Part shown: positions 21,787-33,363 of the stretch, in pieces
Numbering within the stretch: position 1 is the stretch's first letter
Layout: the number at the start of each line of letters is the position of its first letter
Assembly: GCA_024346625.1 (NCBI GenBank)
Contig: AP024665.1
Span: 806,001 to 870,000 of the forward strand
Direction: 5' to 3'
DNA length: 64,000 nt
Source: Williopsis jadinii
Lineage: Eukaryota
The notes under the pieces: model-generated
Told to the model about the DNA's origin: nothing
Database searches by the model: none
Seen by the model: the letters and a program-made list of their open reading frames with translations, nothing else
Translations under genes and position numbers: made by a program

Positions 21787-22281
21787 TAAAGTGCGTAAAT
21801 GGCAATGTAGATCCCCTTAGTCGATGGATATATCTCAGTCACACAGAGTGTTCTTGAACTTTATAAATTTGCAGCGTCCTTCTGAAGGGGAGGACAAATG
21901 AAATAACCCAGTGAAAAAGATGTCACGTTTTAATAATTTTCCCTGTGTTGTGCGTACTATTTTTGTATGTGTGTTTTTTCCTTGTTCTTGGATTTGTGTC
22001 CTCCTCCTCTACTGCCGCTGTAAACTTTTCCATGCGCCTAAGGTCCCTGTCTCGAACTCTCCAGACTTTTTTTTCTTTCTTTTTCTGTCCGTGCGCTTTC
22101 GATCCTTCAGTTGAAGTTTAAACAGCCTGGACACACAAACATCCAGACATTCACACATCCGGACATATAACTATCCGAGGACTCAAAACACCTGGACAAC
22201 AGGATCGTGTATAACTACAGAAGCAATACACTCATTAGTTTTGCCATATCAGCTATACCCGAGTACAGCTGTTCACACGAG

Positions 22282-23649
22282 ATGACAGATATCCAATTCT
22301 CCTTACCGCAGGATCTGCTCTTTAGAGAACCAGAGAAGCGTATTCATGATGAATATGGGCTCCGTCTATTCCAATCTTCCACGGCACTGGTGGAGTTGCA
22401 GAAGTCTTTATCAACTATAACGTCTCTTGTTGAAGGTGTACAGGTTCCGCGTGGTGTGTTTTCGGTCAATGATCTGTACACGGATGATGAGATTGAGAAA
22501 TACTCACATGAGCTGTTTGACCTCCCATACAATGCTGCTCCGTCAGACGGGAACACGCCTCTAAAACCATGCGTCCAGGCCGTGGTATCATTGCTACGTC
22601 AGCTATCTACACTGGTTGACTGCACGCCACCTTTACCGGGCCCAAGAAGGTACGGTAACATGGCTTGTAGAGACTGGCATAGGAAACTGGACTCACAGCT
22701 GAACAAATGGATGCACGAATTCATTGGACCACTATACTCTGGCGCTCACCGTGATCAGTATCTGCTCGAGTTACAATGGTATATCTCCAACGCATTTGGC
22801 TCCATGGAGAGGTTAGATTACGGAACAGGGCACGAGTTGAACTATTTGGCATTCCTAACTGGACTTTGGAAAGTTGGGATATTACCAAGGACAGTCAATG
22901 GATCAGATTTTTTGATAATGTTCGGTCACTACTATAACCTCACAAGGAAGCTCATCACAACATATACGTTGGAGCCAGCTGGAAGCCATGGAGTCTGGGG
23001 GTTGGACGACCATTTCCACATTATATACATCTTGGGAAGTTCCCAACTGTTGAAGCAAGACAAAACAACAACCTCCGTGTTGCCGAAGTACGTTAATAAC
23101 AGATCCATCGTCTATCAGTACAGTACTACCAACATGTACTTCAATGCGATCGCGTTCATCTACAAAGTGAAGAAGGGCGCATTCTTTGAGCATTCGCCCA
23201 TACTCTACGATATTTCGAGTATAAAGACATGGTCGAAGATCCTTAAAGGCATGCTGAAGATGTACCAAGCTGAAGTTTTTGGGAAATTCCCCGTAGTTCA
23301 GCATTTCTATTTTGGAGGAGTTCTCTTCCCATGGACCAATGCCAAAGACGGCTCGCCGTTGCCTATATCTACTGGTGATGAAGACGTATCTAAACTCAAA
23401 AAAGAAGCAACTCAAGATTGGAAGATGAGGGAGGAACAACAGGTGCATGCTCCGTGGATCTCGAACCCAATCAGTGGTTCAGCTACGCAGTCATTCCAGG
23501 ATCAAGTCATTGCAAGTGGTGCCAGGATGACAGACCATGAATTGGAACACACCTTGAAACAACCATGGACCAGCATCAGTAACAGACCTTCAAGCTCGTC
23601 GGCACAAGCTGGTGGTATTCCCACAACTAAAGCACCATGGGCGAAGTGA
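22282..23649 (+). CDS. RRD1: PP2A activator (PTPA family) Rrd1
   Basis: ATG at 22282; motifs RLDYGTGHEL, YTLEPAGSHGVWGLDDH and KFPVVQH. RRD1 rather than RRD2 is assigned by synteny. Confidence 0.88.
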   Translation: MTDIQFSLPQDLLFREPEKRIHDEYGLRLFQSSTALVELQKSLSTITSLVEGVQVPRGVFSVNDLYTDDEIEKYSHELFDLPYNAAPSDGNTPLKPCVQAVVSLLRQLSTLVDCTPPLPGPRRYGNMACRDWHRKLDSQLNKWMHEFIGPLYSGAHRDQYLLELQWYISNAFGSMERLDYGTGHELNYLAFLTGLWKVGILPRTVNGSDFLIMFGHYYNLTRKLITTYTLEPAGSHGVWGLDDHFHIIYILGSSQLLKQDKTTTSVLPKYVNNRSIVYQYSTTNMYFNAIAFIYKVKKGAFFEHSPILYDISSIKTWSKILKGMLKMYQAEVFGKFPVVQHFYFGGVLFPWTNAKDGSPLPISTGDEDVSKLKKEATQDWKMREEQQVHAPWISNPISGSATQSFQDQVIASGARMTDHELEHTLKQPWTSISNRPSSSSAQAGGIPTTKAPWAK

Positions 23650-23813
23650 TGATGACATGAAACCTACAACGGATGAAATAATTTTGCAACAATGAATATG
23701 AATGATAGTTCAAACTGAACAATATCGAATTCCCGAAAAGTTATGTAAAGCATAGTAACCAAAAAAATACAAACCCCAAATATTTATGTACCGTTATAAC
23801 AGTGTTAGTGCAA

Positions 23814-25436
23814 TTAGAGAGTTGGACCAGCAGCAATGACCTCAGCAGTGGCCTCAGAGGAGTAGCCCTTGAAGTTCTCAGAGAACAACTCAGCCAAACC
23901 ACGAACCTCCTTGTTGAAACCTTCAAGGTCGGTTTGGGTCTTGAGTGGGTTGAGGATCTCTGGTGGAACGGAACCAACAGCCTTTGGAATTTGGAGGCCA
24001 AAGACTGGGAAGGTCTCGAACTCGGCGTTGGCCAATGAGCCATCATGGATGGCATCAAGGATGGCTCTGGTGTATTTCAATGGACAACGCTTACCACCCT
24101 TGGAGACGGAAGCACCGGTCCAACCAGTGTTCAACAACCAAGCGTTGGCCTTGTGCTCGGTCATCTTGTCAGAAAGCATTTGAGCGTACTTCATTGGGTG
24201 CAAGGCCAAGAATGGTTGACCGAAACAAGCAGAGAAAGTAGCCTCTGGTTCGGTGACACCCTCCTCAGTACCAGCCATCTTGGAGGTGTAACCAGAGATA
24301 AAGTGGTACATAACTTGAGCGTTAGTCAACTTAGAAACTGGTGGAAGGACACCACGAGCATCACAGGTCAAAAGAACAATGTTCTTTGGGTGAGAGTCTG
24401 CGAAACATGGAATCTTGGCCGATGGAATGTAGTCAATTGGGTATGCACAACGAGTGTTCTCAGTGATGGCAGCGTCATCGTAGTCAACGACACGGGTGGT
24501 CTCATCGTAGATAACGTTCTCCAAAACGGAACCAAACTTGATAGCGTTGAAGATTTCTGGCTCCTTCTCACCAGACAATCCCAAACACTTGGCGTAACAA
24601 CCACCTTCAATGTTGAAGACACCATTGTCGGACCAACAGTGCTCATCATCACCAATCAAGAGTCTGTTTGGATCAGCAGACAAGGTGGTCTTACCGGTAC
24701 CAGACAAACCAAAGAACAAAGTGACATCCTTCTTCTCAACACCTTGGTTGGCAGAGGAGTGCAAGGTCAACACGTTGTGGTTGATTGGCATCAAGTAGAA
24801 CATGACAGTGAAAATACCCTTCTTCATCTCACCAGCGTACTCGGTACCGAGGATCACCATCTCCATCTCCTTGAAGTTGATCTCAACAGAGGTCTTGGAG
24901 GTCATACCTTCGGTGTAAATGTTAGCTGGGAATTGACCGGCATTCCAGATGGTGAAGTCTGGCTCACCAAAGTTGGCCAACTCCTCATCGGTTGGTCTGA
25001 TCAACATGTTTCTCATGAACAAAGCGTGGTAAGCTCTGGCACAGACAACACGGACTTTGATTCTGTACTTTGGATCCCAGCCGGCGAAAGCGTCAACAAC
25101 AAACACCTTTTCTCTGGTTCTCAAGTAGTCAGCAGCTCTGGCCTTGGAGATCTTCCATGTGTGCTCAGAAACCTTCTTATTCACTGGGCCCCACCAGATG
25201 TTGTTTGTGGAGGTCTCTTCGTCAACAATACGCTTGTCCTTTGGAGATCTACCAGTCTTCTCACCGGAGAAAGCCATGAGCGCACCGGAGGACGAGATGG
25301 CGGTCTTCTTCTCGAGAAGACCATCCTCGTACAAAGTTGGGACAGACGCGTTGTGACGAAGCACAACGTCTGGGTGGAGACCGAGCTTCTCAATAAGGGC
25401 TGCGTTTGGATTGCTGTGGACCTTTGATGGTGACAT
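23814..25436 (-). CDS. PCK1: ATP-dependent phosphoenolpyruvate carboxykinase
   Basis: Motifs [35 protein letters not shown] and EGGCYAK; strong codon bias. Confidence 0.98.
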   Translation of the reverse strand: MSPSKVHSNPNAALIEKLGLHPDVVLRHNASVPTLYEDGLLEKKTAISSSGALMAFSGEKTGRSPKDKRIVDEETSTNNIWWGPVNKKVSEHTWKISKARAADYLRTREKVFVVDAFAGWDPKYRIKVRVVCARAYHALFMRNMLIRPTDEELANFGEPDFTIWNAGQFPANIYTEGMTSKTSVEINFKEMEMVILGTEYAGEMKKGIFTVMFYLMPINHNVLTLHSSANQGVEKKDVTLFFGLSGTGKTTLSADPNRLLIGDDEHCWSDNGVFNIEGGCYAKCLGLSGEKEPEIFNAIKFGSVLENVIYDETTRVVDYDDAAITENTRCAYPIDYIPSAKIPCFADSHPKNIVLLTCDARGVLPPVSKLTNAQVMYHFISGYTSKMAGTEEGVTEPEATFSACFGQPFLALHPMKYAQMLSDKMTEHKANAWLLNTGWTGASVSKGGKRCPLKYTRAILDAIHDGSLANAEFETFPVFGLQIPKAVGSVPPEILNPLKTQTDLEGFNKEVRGLAELFSENFKGYSSEATAEVIAAGPTL

Positions 25437-25519
25437 TATGTCTGTGTGTATAGATGTGTGTATGTGTTAAAGGCAGTCAAAAACTGTTGAGGGGAGAGAA
25501 ACAACAAGAGAGCCAGGGG

Positions 25520-27114
25520 AAATCTGGGGAAATCACTCCCATATTTATAGCTAAAAGGGCAAGACCTCCTATCTCTCACAAGACAGCTGCTCGCAACTTT
25601 CCACAGGACAACCCCGGATAAGTTTTCTCTCCTGTAGAAAATCCATGGAAAGGCTATTCCAAATTTTACGTGGGACATAAGTGGTGAGGCGCAAACAGCA
25701 TTTGGCCTCTTGGAATTGGGCAGAAAACATGGAGCAGACAGGCCATTTCTCCGTGCTTTGCTGTGCAAGCAAGGTCTTCAATTGGTGATGGTTTAGCTGG
25801 TGATAACGTTGGCTGTGATACGGTGTTCTCCAGTATTCAAACCCATCAACTCACTCTTCAATCGCCCCTCCATTTGCCTGTCTGTCCTCCTTCCGCAGCT
25901 GATGGGCTCCTTCTTCCTACTGCCCGGGGATTTTGATGCAACTGCGTTTGGGCAAAAAAAAGAAAAAACCTTAAAGCCCTACCCCCCATAGTTTAGTATG
26001 GATGTGGCGCGTACCGCTTTCTACCCCAGATTATTTTTCTTGTCCTTTTTGCCTTATTTTTGCCTCGCACACTTTTGCAGATGAGCAAAGCGGAAAAGGT
26101 GACGTCTCTTCCTTTGACACATCGCAAGGTTAAATGATCACATTTGGCGATAACGGTCAAATGCCTATGGCACTGGTTCGTCTACGAGACATTTTGAGGG
26201 AGAACAGATTGGATGCACAACAGTGGAGATCGTGGTGCCAGAGTCTTACAGGTCTTGTCATCGAGTGAAAATCTACCCACAGCCCACGGATATCTTCTTC
26301 ACCGAACTTCGGCAAGCGCTTCCAGGAGCTGTGTGCGGCGCGTACCGTGCCTCTTCCCCGGTTCCAAGCAGGAAGATTACGGATGCGAGAAGCGTGCCCT
26401 CAAGTCCCCTATGGCTTCTGTTGGATGGAACAGCGCTCTACGTATTAAAGCACGGATTCTATCCGGAGACAGCCGGAAGGATAAACACCAGCCATAAGCG
26501 ACACACCTCCCAATCCTCTATCGACACGTTAGAACTTGAGTCTGAGGTCTTTTACAGAGAGAGACGTTGCACCACATAGCCTGTTCTACTAGCGGGACCT
26601 ACAAGCTTCATCGTTGCGATCCACCAATGCCTCTGAATGATCAAGGTCATCTCGGGGCGGAACACAAGTCTTGCAAATCAGGAGATACGTTCCACATTTG
26701 TTGTATGATGCCATTGTTAAATTAGGAAACAAGGAAACAATGATCTGTCTATGGCAACACTGTCGTCTCACCCCACGTTTTTGCGTCTTTAACTCCAGTT
26801 TTCCTATTAATTTTCTCCAGCTTTTTGCTGCACTCCTGTTTCTGAAGTCCTAAGGATAGCACAGCATGCCCTATCGGATACATTCAGCCGTTTCGCTGTT
26901 GTAAAGCTGCCGCTGGTTTAACCCAGCTGTTATTCGTTCTTTAACTACGGCACTGCGTGGCTTTCAAGGGAGAAGGCAGCAAGCGTGGGGGTTTAAGTTT
27001 CATCACATGCAGACAAAAACTAGGGGAGAAGCGGTTCCAGGGCATGTTCTATTCTCCGAAATCTGGGGTAAACGAAAAAAATTCACCAAGCTCATCTCAC
27101 TCCCCCGGTTTTTT
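25520..27114. promoter_or_regulatory. Extended PCK1 upstream region with multiple Mig1-type sites and a TATA box
   Basis: AT-flanked SYGGGG at 25520, 25612, 26024, 26771, 27059 and 27103; TATAAATA on the - strand near 25542-25549. Confidence 0.6.
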
Positions 27115-27213
27115 GCTATTAGATCCATCTTACACGGTCGGTAGTCTCTAGAGCACAACAACTTATCTATTATACGTTATTCTTTCTTGTCTAGACAGGA
27201 GATGAGACCCACA

Positions 27214-30200
27214 TCACAAGTATAGAGAACCAGCACTGACGATGTCTCTATGCACCAATTCGGTAGCCTTCTCCATCTTCTCTTCTAGCTCAACATTACC
27301 AATGGTCTTAGCAGCAACAACCATCTGTCTCAACATCTCCTCCAATCTCTTGAATGTTCTGATCAAACTTCCTTCATAAACATCCGTCATCTTACAAATC
27401 TGTGTGAAAGTTGCGCCACGACACCATTCATATACAACCTCCATCAGTTCCGATCTGAAACTCTCAACATAGTCCTTCTCAACGATCTCGATCTTGGACT
27501 CCTTGGAGACTTTAGCAATCTTGGATGCCATTTCTTGCATATGCTTCAGAGGCTCGGCAAGTTCAGGTTTGAGCCTTGGTGCCTCCTTGGATCTCTCTTG
27601 GAACACAAAGCACGAGAGCAAAGCAGCACATTGCGCAGGGGTCAATTCGTTGAAGTTACCGTTGAAAATCAGTTCAGTTAACAGCAGTTCGTCACCACTA
27701 GATATCTCGCATGCAACACGGCCCTTGAGTTCAATGACATCATTCGCAGTGGTAAACCCAAGTCTTCTCAAAACACGTTTACGGTGTCTCAAATCATCAA
27801 GTTGAATAACCGCTTGAGCTTCCAAGATTTTAGCCTTGAGTGACTTTGCATCTTCTGATAATGCAACTTTCTTGCTATATTCATCATATAATTCTGCTAG
27901 TCTTGGAGATTGGGCCAATGGGTTCGAAAATAGCTTGGACTCTAACACTTCGATCTTCTTCAATAACGTCTTGAAATCGTTGTCATCAATCTTCATATTT
28001 TCAACAGGATCCAATGTTGGAACCCCATCAACTAACCGACGAAGTGCTTCTTGCAAACTCTTTGCAACGGTATCCTTGACTTGATCCGTCTTAATAATTT
28101 TCGGCATATACAATCTCAGGTTACCAATCTCTTGGATAGAATCAAGAGTAATTGGAATCACACAAGTCTTGGACTTCTCATCAGACTTGGCAGGTCTGAT
28201 ACCTTCAGGAAAGTTTGGATTAAATGGCTTGATCAAGTTTACTGGTGCATCAGCAAACATTGTGTTAACCAATACGTCGACGATATAGGCCTGATGGTCT
28301 GTATACGTCTCACTTTTGTTTCTTTTGTTACTTCTCTTCTCAAAGTTGATCACAACACCCCATCCATAGTCAAATTGGCCAACTTTAACCTTCAAAAGAC
28401 GACCCGGTTGGAGGAAACTCAAAACATGAGCAGGATGCGTAATAATGTGACGAACGTCACCGTTATATGTGTCCAACTGTTTACGGATATCGTAATAATC
28501 ACGGACAGTTGCTTCATCCTCAACCTTTATGTTTGAAAGTTGCTCTTCAATCTCATTTAATTTCTTCTCCAAAATAGGGACACTGGCAGCATTTTGGAAT
28601 TGGTAGAAAGAATGTTCAAGCATGAATTCTGGTGAAACACCCTCGACTCTCATCAAGTTCAAAATCATGTTATAACCCAAATGAAATGCGGAGTCCAGTC
28701 TGTCGGCCTCACCTTTGACCATTCCTTTAGCAACTTGAGGTTCCATTTTCTCATCAATCATCATAATAACGATACCACGATCATCAAGACCACGACGACC
28801 AGCACGACCAGACATTTGAATATATTCACCACCTGAAACCCAACGGAATCCTTTACCATCCCATTTACGAACAGATGTGAATACAACTGTTTTAGCAGGC
28901 ATATTCAGACCAATGGAGAAAGTTTCAGTAGCAAAGAGCACTTTTAATAGCCCTTCTTGGAAAAGAATCTCTATGATCTCTTTCAAAATTGGCAATAATC
29001 CAGAATGATGGATACCAATACCACGTCTCAAAAGAGGCAATATGTGTTTGATTTGAGGCAGTTCACGATCATTCTCTGGTAAGATATTAATAGCATTGTT
29101 GAAAATCTTTGTGAGTGTTTCACGTTCTTCTTCAGTGTTGAAATCTAGCTTGGACATTTTGAGTGCTAAGGACTCACAATCACGTTTGGAGAAAGAAAAC
29201 ACAATCACCGGGTTAAACTTCTTTATCCAAACCATCTTAACAATCTTGTAAATATCAGACTTGGAATCTTTGTTACCACCTTTGTAGGTCTGGCCTTTCT
29301 TACCACGAGAGTTGGTGGATGATGGATCATCACCTTGATTGTTAGAGATAGAAGCCATTGCTCTTTGGAAATTTTCTTCTCTGAAAGTACTCTTCTCATC
29401 GACAACTAAATGAATACCGTCACCATTGGCTGGGAAAAGATAATGCTGCAATGGAGTTGGACGGAAGTTTGTATAGACAACGTGACAAGGTTGGGAATGA
29501 ATCTTACAAATCCATTCGGCAAACTCCATGGCATTTGGAATGGTGGCGGATAAGAAGACATAGTGGACCTTGTCTGGTAACAAAATGATTGTCTCTTCCC
29601 ATACAACACCTCTTTCCTTATCTCTCATGTAATGAACTTCGTCAAAGATGACCCATGCAACCTCTCTCATAACTTCAGAACCTCTATACAGCATAGATCT
29701 TAGAATCTCTGTGGTCATCACCAAGCAACCAGCATCTGGGTTGATAGTAACATCACCTGTCATTAAACCAACGTCACCAAACTCTGCTAAAAGTTCACGA
29801 TATTTCTGGTTCGACAAAGCCTTGATAGGAGATGTATAGATGACCCTTTGTTTTGCACGTAGAGATTGTGCAATGGCATACTCTGCAACAACAGTCTTAC
29901 CTGCCGAAGTGTGAGCAGAAACTAACACAGACTCGTTTCTATCGATACAGGAAATAGCAGTGTCTTGGAAAGGATCCAAAGTGAACGGATATGTCCGTGC
30001 CTCATTCTCTCTCTTATGCTGACCGATTGGTTTATAAGGGTATCCAGAAGGAACAGCAACCTGGTGACGAACCTGATGCGAGAGTTTAACTTTCCCATCG
30101 TCTGTCTCGGCCTCAACTTTTGCCATCAATCCAGAGGAGGCCTTGACTTCACGAGATGCTTCCTGTTCAAAGGAATCGGCAACCATAGGAATAACATCAG

Positions 30201-30429
30201 ATTTTTCCTTGGTATCGACAAGTTTCTTGCCCTTGACCGCCTTTCTCTGTTTCTTCTCGGTTGAGTCCTCGGCCCTCGGAGACGCTGGTCTCTTCTTAGA
30301 AACGTCATCTTCCTTTTGCTCTTTCTCTTCGTGAATCTCTTGAATCTTTGGTTCCTCCTTCACATCTTCAACCACCTCCGGAGGAGCCTGTGGCGCTTCA
30401 TCAAAGACAGAGAATAAATCGTCCTCCAT
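27214..30429 (-). CDS. MTR4: Ski2-like RNA helicase Mtr4
   Basis: Motifs [12 protein letters not shown] and [10 protein letters not shown]; arch domain; C-terminal [11 protein letters not shown]. Confidence 0.97.
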   Translation of the reverse strand: MEDDLFSVFDEAPQAPPEVVEDVKEEPKIQEIHEEKEQKEDDVSKKRPASPRAEDSTEKKQRKAVKGKKLVDTKEKSDVIPMVADSFEQEASREVKASSGLMAKVEAETDDGKVKLSHQVRHQVAVPSGYPYKPIGQHKRENEARTYPFTLDPFQDTAISCIDRNESVLVSAHTSAGKTVVAEYAIAQSLRAKQRVIYTSPIKALSNQKYRELLAEFGDVGLMTGDVTINPDAGCLVMTTEILRSMLYRGSEVMREVAWVIFDEVHYMRDKERGVVWEETIILLPDKVHYVFLSATIPNAMEFAEWICKIHSQPCHVVYTNFRPTPLQHYLFPANGDGIHLVVDEKSTFREENFQRAMASISNNQGDDPSSTNSRGKKGQTYKGGNKDSKSDIYKIVKMVWIKKFNPVIVFSFSKRDCESLALKMSKLDFNTEEERETLTKIFNNAINILPENDRELPQIKHILPLLRRGIGIHHSGLLPILKEIIEILFQEGLLKVLFATETFSIGLNMPAKTVVFTSVRKWDGKGFRWVSGGEYIQMSGRAGRRGLDDRGIVIMMIDEKMEPQVAKGMVKGEADRLDSAFHLGYNMILNLMRVEGVSPEFMLEHSFYQFQNAASVPILEKKLNEIEEQLSNIKVEDEATVRDYYDIRKQLDTYNGDVRHIITHPAHVLSFLQPGRLLKVKVGQFDYGWGVVINFEKRSNKRNKSETYTDHQAYIVDVLVNTMFADAPVNLIKPFNPNFPEGIRPAKSDEKSKTCVIPITLDSIQEIGNLRLYMPKIIKTDQVKDTVAKSLQEALRRLVDGVPTLDPVENMKIDDNDFKTLLKKIEVLESKLFSNPLAQSPRLAELYDEYSKKVALSEDAKSLKAKILEAQAVIQLDDLRHRKRVLRRLGFTTANDVIELKGRVACEISSGDELLLTELIFNGNFNELTPAQCAALLSCFVFQERSKEAPRLKPELAEPLKHMQEMASKIAKVSKESKIEIVEKDYVESFRSELMEVVYEWCRGATFTQICKMTDVYEGSLIRTFKRLEEMLRQMVVAAKTIGNVELEEKMEKATELVHRDIVSAGSLYL

Positions 30430-30509
30430 GATTTAGATGGTTTTCAAAGCAAAGACAAATGGCACCCGCTTCTCACAACCTTGGTTTATATATTTAGGTC
30501 AAAGTGTAG

Positions 30510-30576
30510 GCGATGAGGTGCACTGTTTTTTGGGCCTATTTCATTCTCTCGTGAAGTTCTGCTGCAGGAAAATTTT
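30510..30576. promoter_or_regulatory. PAC and RRPE-like elements in the MTR4 promoter
   Basis: GCGATGAG at 30510-30517 and GAAAATTTT at 30568-30576. Confidence 0.6.
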
Positions 30577-30862
30577 GAGAGAACTATGATAGGGCCACGC
30601 ACAGAGAACCGAGTGGACGAAGAGCTGTGACAGCTGTGTTTAAAGCACTAACAAAAGTCAGCATCAGTGAATAAGAGATAATCTGATTACTGTGGATATT
30701 TGATAGAGTAACAGCTGGTCCTTTTATTAGTGGGTAAGTTAAGGAGGAGTTTGAAAAAAAAATTAAGAGACACAAAAGCGTTACAAAGGCGAGAGCATAT
30801 CTTCGGTAAATCTTCATGTACAGTGTCGGGCTGAGAGATGTTCCTTCCGGTTCGTACAAGAA

Positions 30863-30933
30863 GCGCGAGTGGTTTAGCGGTAAAATTCCAAGTTGCCATC
30901 TTGGAGCCCCCGGTTCGACTCCGGGCTCGCGCA
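30863..30933 (+). tRNA. tRNA-Gly (GCC)
   Basis: GCGCGAG/CTCGCGC acceptor stem, anticodon arm CCAAG-TTGCCAT-CTTGG, GGTTCGACTCC T-arm, oligo-T terminator. Confidence 0.97.
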
Positions 30934-31372
30934 TTTTTTTTTGCTCCCCCAGTACACACTGGGCAGTGGAGTTAGACGTTGCAGCTTCTACTACCGGCTC
31001 ATCTTTGGGTGTTACAATCAACATCCTTCTAACAGCAACGCATCTCTATTGTGGACCAATTCAATTCAGAACCCAGTGTGAACATCTGAAACCCAAAGTC
31101 ATGAAATATCACCATTCATCGTGACGGCCTTGTGCGTTTATGCGTAATTTGGTGATCTGCACGAAAGAGACCTTATTCGAATCGTTGAAGCGTTCTTTGT
31201 GACAACTGACACAAAAGTCCAATGGTTGATGAAATATATAAGGGCATGTTCCCTTTACTTATAGCTCAACAATTGGTTCTTATAACGAAGTCGAATAGGA
31301 TTTTTTTGCTTTTAAGCTATCAAGGACAGTCGCTATACCATTGCACAAACGTTTATAGAAAAGTTTCACGCC

Positions 31373-32770
31373 ATGTCTAACGTATCAAGCTTTACGCCAT
31401 GTTTCAGTTTATCAGCTTGTTCGTCACCGGCGCCCCATGCGGGCGATGCCTCTAATACATTTTGTGATTTGCTTCAGCCCTCACGCTTACATGGCGAAGA
31501 CGGGCTCGTCAAGAGAACCGGCAGTCTCCAGAGTAGTTATTCAAAAGAGCTAATGGAGTTGGCTTCGAAGGAAACCAAGGCCATAGGATCCAGAGATGCT
31601 TCAGAGAATTATTTTCAAGCTTATCACCACGCCACTTGGTTTGTTTCAAATGCAAAACAAGCTGCACTTTTTTTCAACTTCTGTCTTGGGTTTGAACAGA
31701 TTGCTTATAAGGGTTTAGAAACAGGATCAAAACGATACTCTTCCCATGTTGTCAAGAATGGCGATGTTATCTTTGAATTTGTATCCCCAATTGCGAATCT
31801 GAAGGAGGATACTTCTGAAGAATACCTAGTCTCCAAAATCCATGACTTTATCCGTACCCATGGCGATGGTGTAAAGGATATTGCCTTTACAGTCAGTGAT
31901 GTTACTGCTGTATTCGAAAGAGCCGTTAGAGGTGGTGCTACATCAATTTCGACACCGCACATAGAAACTGATGAAAACGGTTCCGTTAAGATGGCAACTA
32001 TACAGGTGTTTGACGATCTTTGGCATACACTTGTTGAATATATCAACTATCAAGGTCCCTTTTTGCCCCATTACGCTTCGCTGAAGGATGTGCCATACTC
32101 TGCACGGTACATCTCTACATGCATTGAAACACTCCCGCCAGTGCGACTTGCAGTGATCGACCACTGTGTTCAGAATGAGGATTGGAACAAATTAGAGCCT
32201 TCCTGTGACATTTATGAGAAGATATTTGGCTTCCACAAGTTTTGGTCTGTTGATGAAAAGGATGTCTCTACAGAGTACAGCGCGCTCCGTTCCATTGTGA
32301 TGGCTTCTGGTAACGAAAAGATCAAGATGCCTATGAATGAGCCGGCAAAGGGTATCTGCAAATCCCAAATAGAGGAGTTTTTGGAGTTTTACAACGGACC
32401 AGGGGTTCAACATATTGCTGTTCTTACTTATGACATTGTCACCACAGTGAGGAACATGCGTCTTCGAGGTGTCGAGTTCGTCCCAACTCCAAATCTCTAC
32501 TATGAAAGCATACTACCTCGACTCTTGCGCACTGGCTTGTCCCTCGAAGAAGATATCAGCCAGCTACAAGAGTTGGGTATCTTGATTGACTTTGATGAAA
32601 AGGGCTACCTTTTGCAGATATTCACAAAGCCATTGACCGACAGGCCAACCTTTTTCCTCGAAATCATTCAAAGGCATAATCACAATGGGTTTGGGAAGGG
32701 GAATTTTAAAGCGTTATTTGAAACTCTTGAAGAGGAGCAAAGACGCCGTGGAACTTTGTTAAAGAACTGA
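31373..32770 (+). CDS. HPD: 4-hydroxyphenylpyruvate dioxygenase
   Basis: Motifs HGDGVKDIAF, IDHCV, GPGVQHIA, LLQIFTKP and EIIQRHNHNGFGKGNFKALF. Confidence 0.95.
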   Translation: MSNVSSFTPCFSLSACSSPAPHAGDASNTFCDLLQPSRLHGEDGLVKRTGSLQSSYSKELMELASKETKAIGSRDASENYFQAYHHATWFVSNAKQAALFFNFCLGFEQIAYKGLETGSKRYSSHVVKNGDVIFEFVSPIANLKEDTSEEYLVSKIHDFIRTHGDGVKDIAFTVSDVTAVFERAVRGGATSISTPHIETDENGSVKMATIQVFDDLWHTLVEYINYQGPFLPHYASLKDVPYSARYISTCIETLPPVRLAVIDHCVQNEDWNKLEPSCDIYEKIFGFHKFWSVDEKDVSTEYSALRSIVMASGNEKIKMPMNEPAKGICKSQIEEFLEFYNGPGVQHIAVLTYDIVTTVRNMRLRGVEFVPTPNLYYESILPRLLRTGLSLEEDISQLQELGILIDFDEKGYLLQIFTKPLTDRPTFFLEIIQRHNHNGFGKGNFKALFETLEEEQRRRGTLLKN

Positions 32771-33363
32771 AAGATAAAGTCCTGTGATATTTTCAAGTGA
32801 CGCGTGACTAGTGTGTTTTATCTACGTTGTTTGACCTTTACATGACTCATACAGTAGTAATTTTACTAAGGTCCATGTGACGGCTAAGAAAAACTCGATG
32901 CTCTATTGTGGCTATACATAGAACATGCAACAAGTTCCGGATCAACAAGCCCCCGAATGTGTTTTTGGCTTAGACCTTGCAGTGTGCACCAACAGACGGA
33001 ACTTGCCGTTGTGATAAAAAAACTATGAGCGAAAAAAAAGGAGCACACACACCTCAAGAAGGAACACAATTGGATCGTTTGTCAGTTCTTTAACAAAGAA
33101 ACACCTCAGAAGGGAAAGCGTTTTAGTAAACAAGGCCTAAGCATTGGGAGAAGTTCACTGTACTTAATCCTTGTGACTCATTTACTCTCACGCTTTGTGC
33201 TACTTCAACGCCTCGTTCTGTTGTTCTTATTTTGGTCAATTTCTACACATCCTCTTTTTTCACTACCCTGTTGCCTTTTTTTGCTTCGTATACTAAGACT
33301 TGAGAGCTTCAAAACAGGAAGAAGGAATATATTTATCCATTAGTATCGATTACTTTCACACTT

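Noticed and set aside
23646..23718. Box C (GTGATGA) and box D (CTGA) pair suggesting a snoRNA
   Set aside because: It overlaps the RRD1 stop codon, and I see no terminal stem or recognisable rRNA guide.
24045..25427. 460-aa ORF antisense to PCK1
   Set aside because: It lies codon-for-codon opposite a highly biased gene that avoids TTA/CTA/TCA, which removes antisense stops. It has no recognisable domain.
26134..26579. Short ORFs (44-118 aa) upstream of PCK1
   Set aside because: No family similarity or consistent frame; they lie within a motif-rich promoter.
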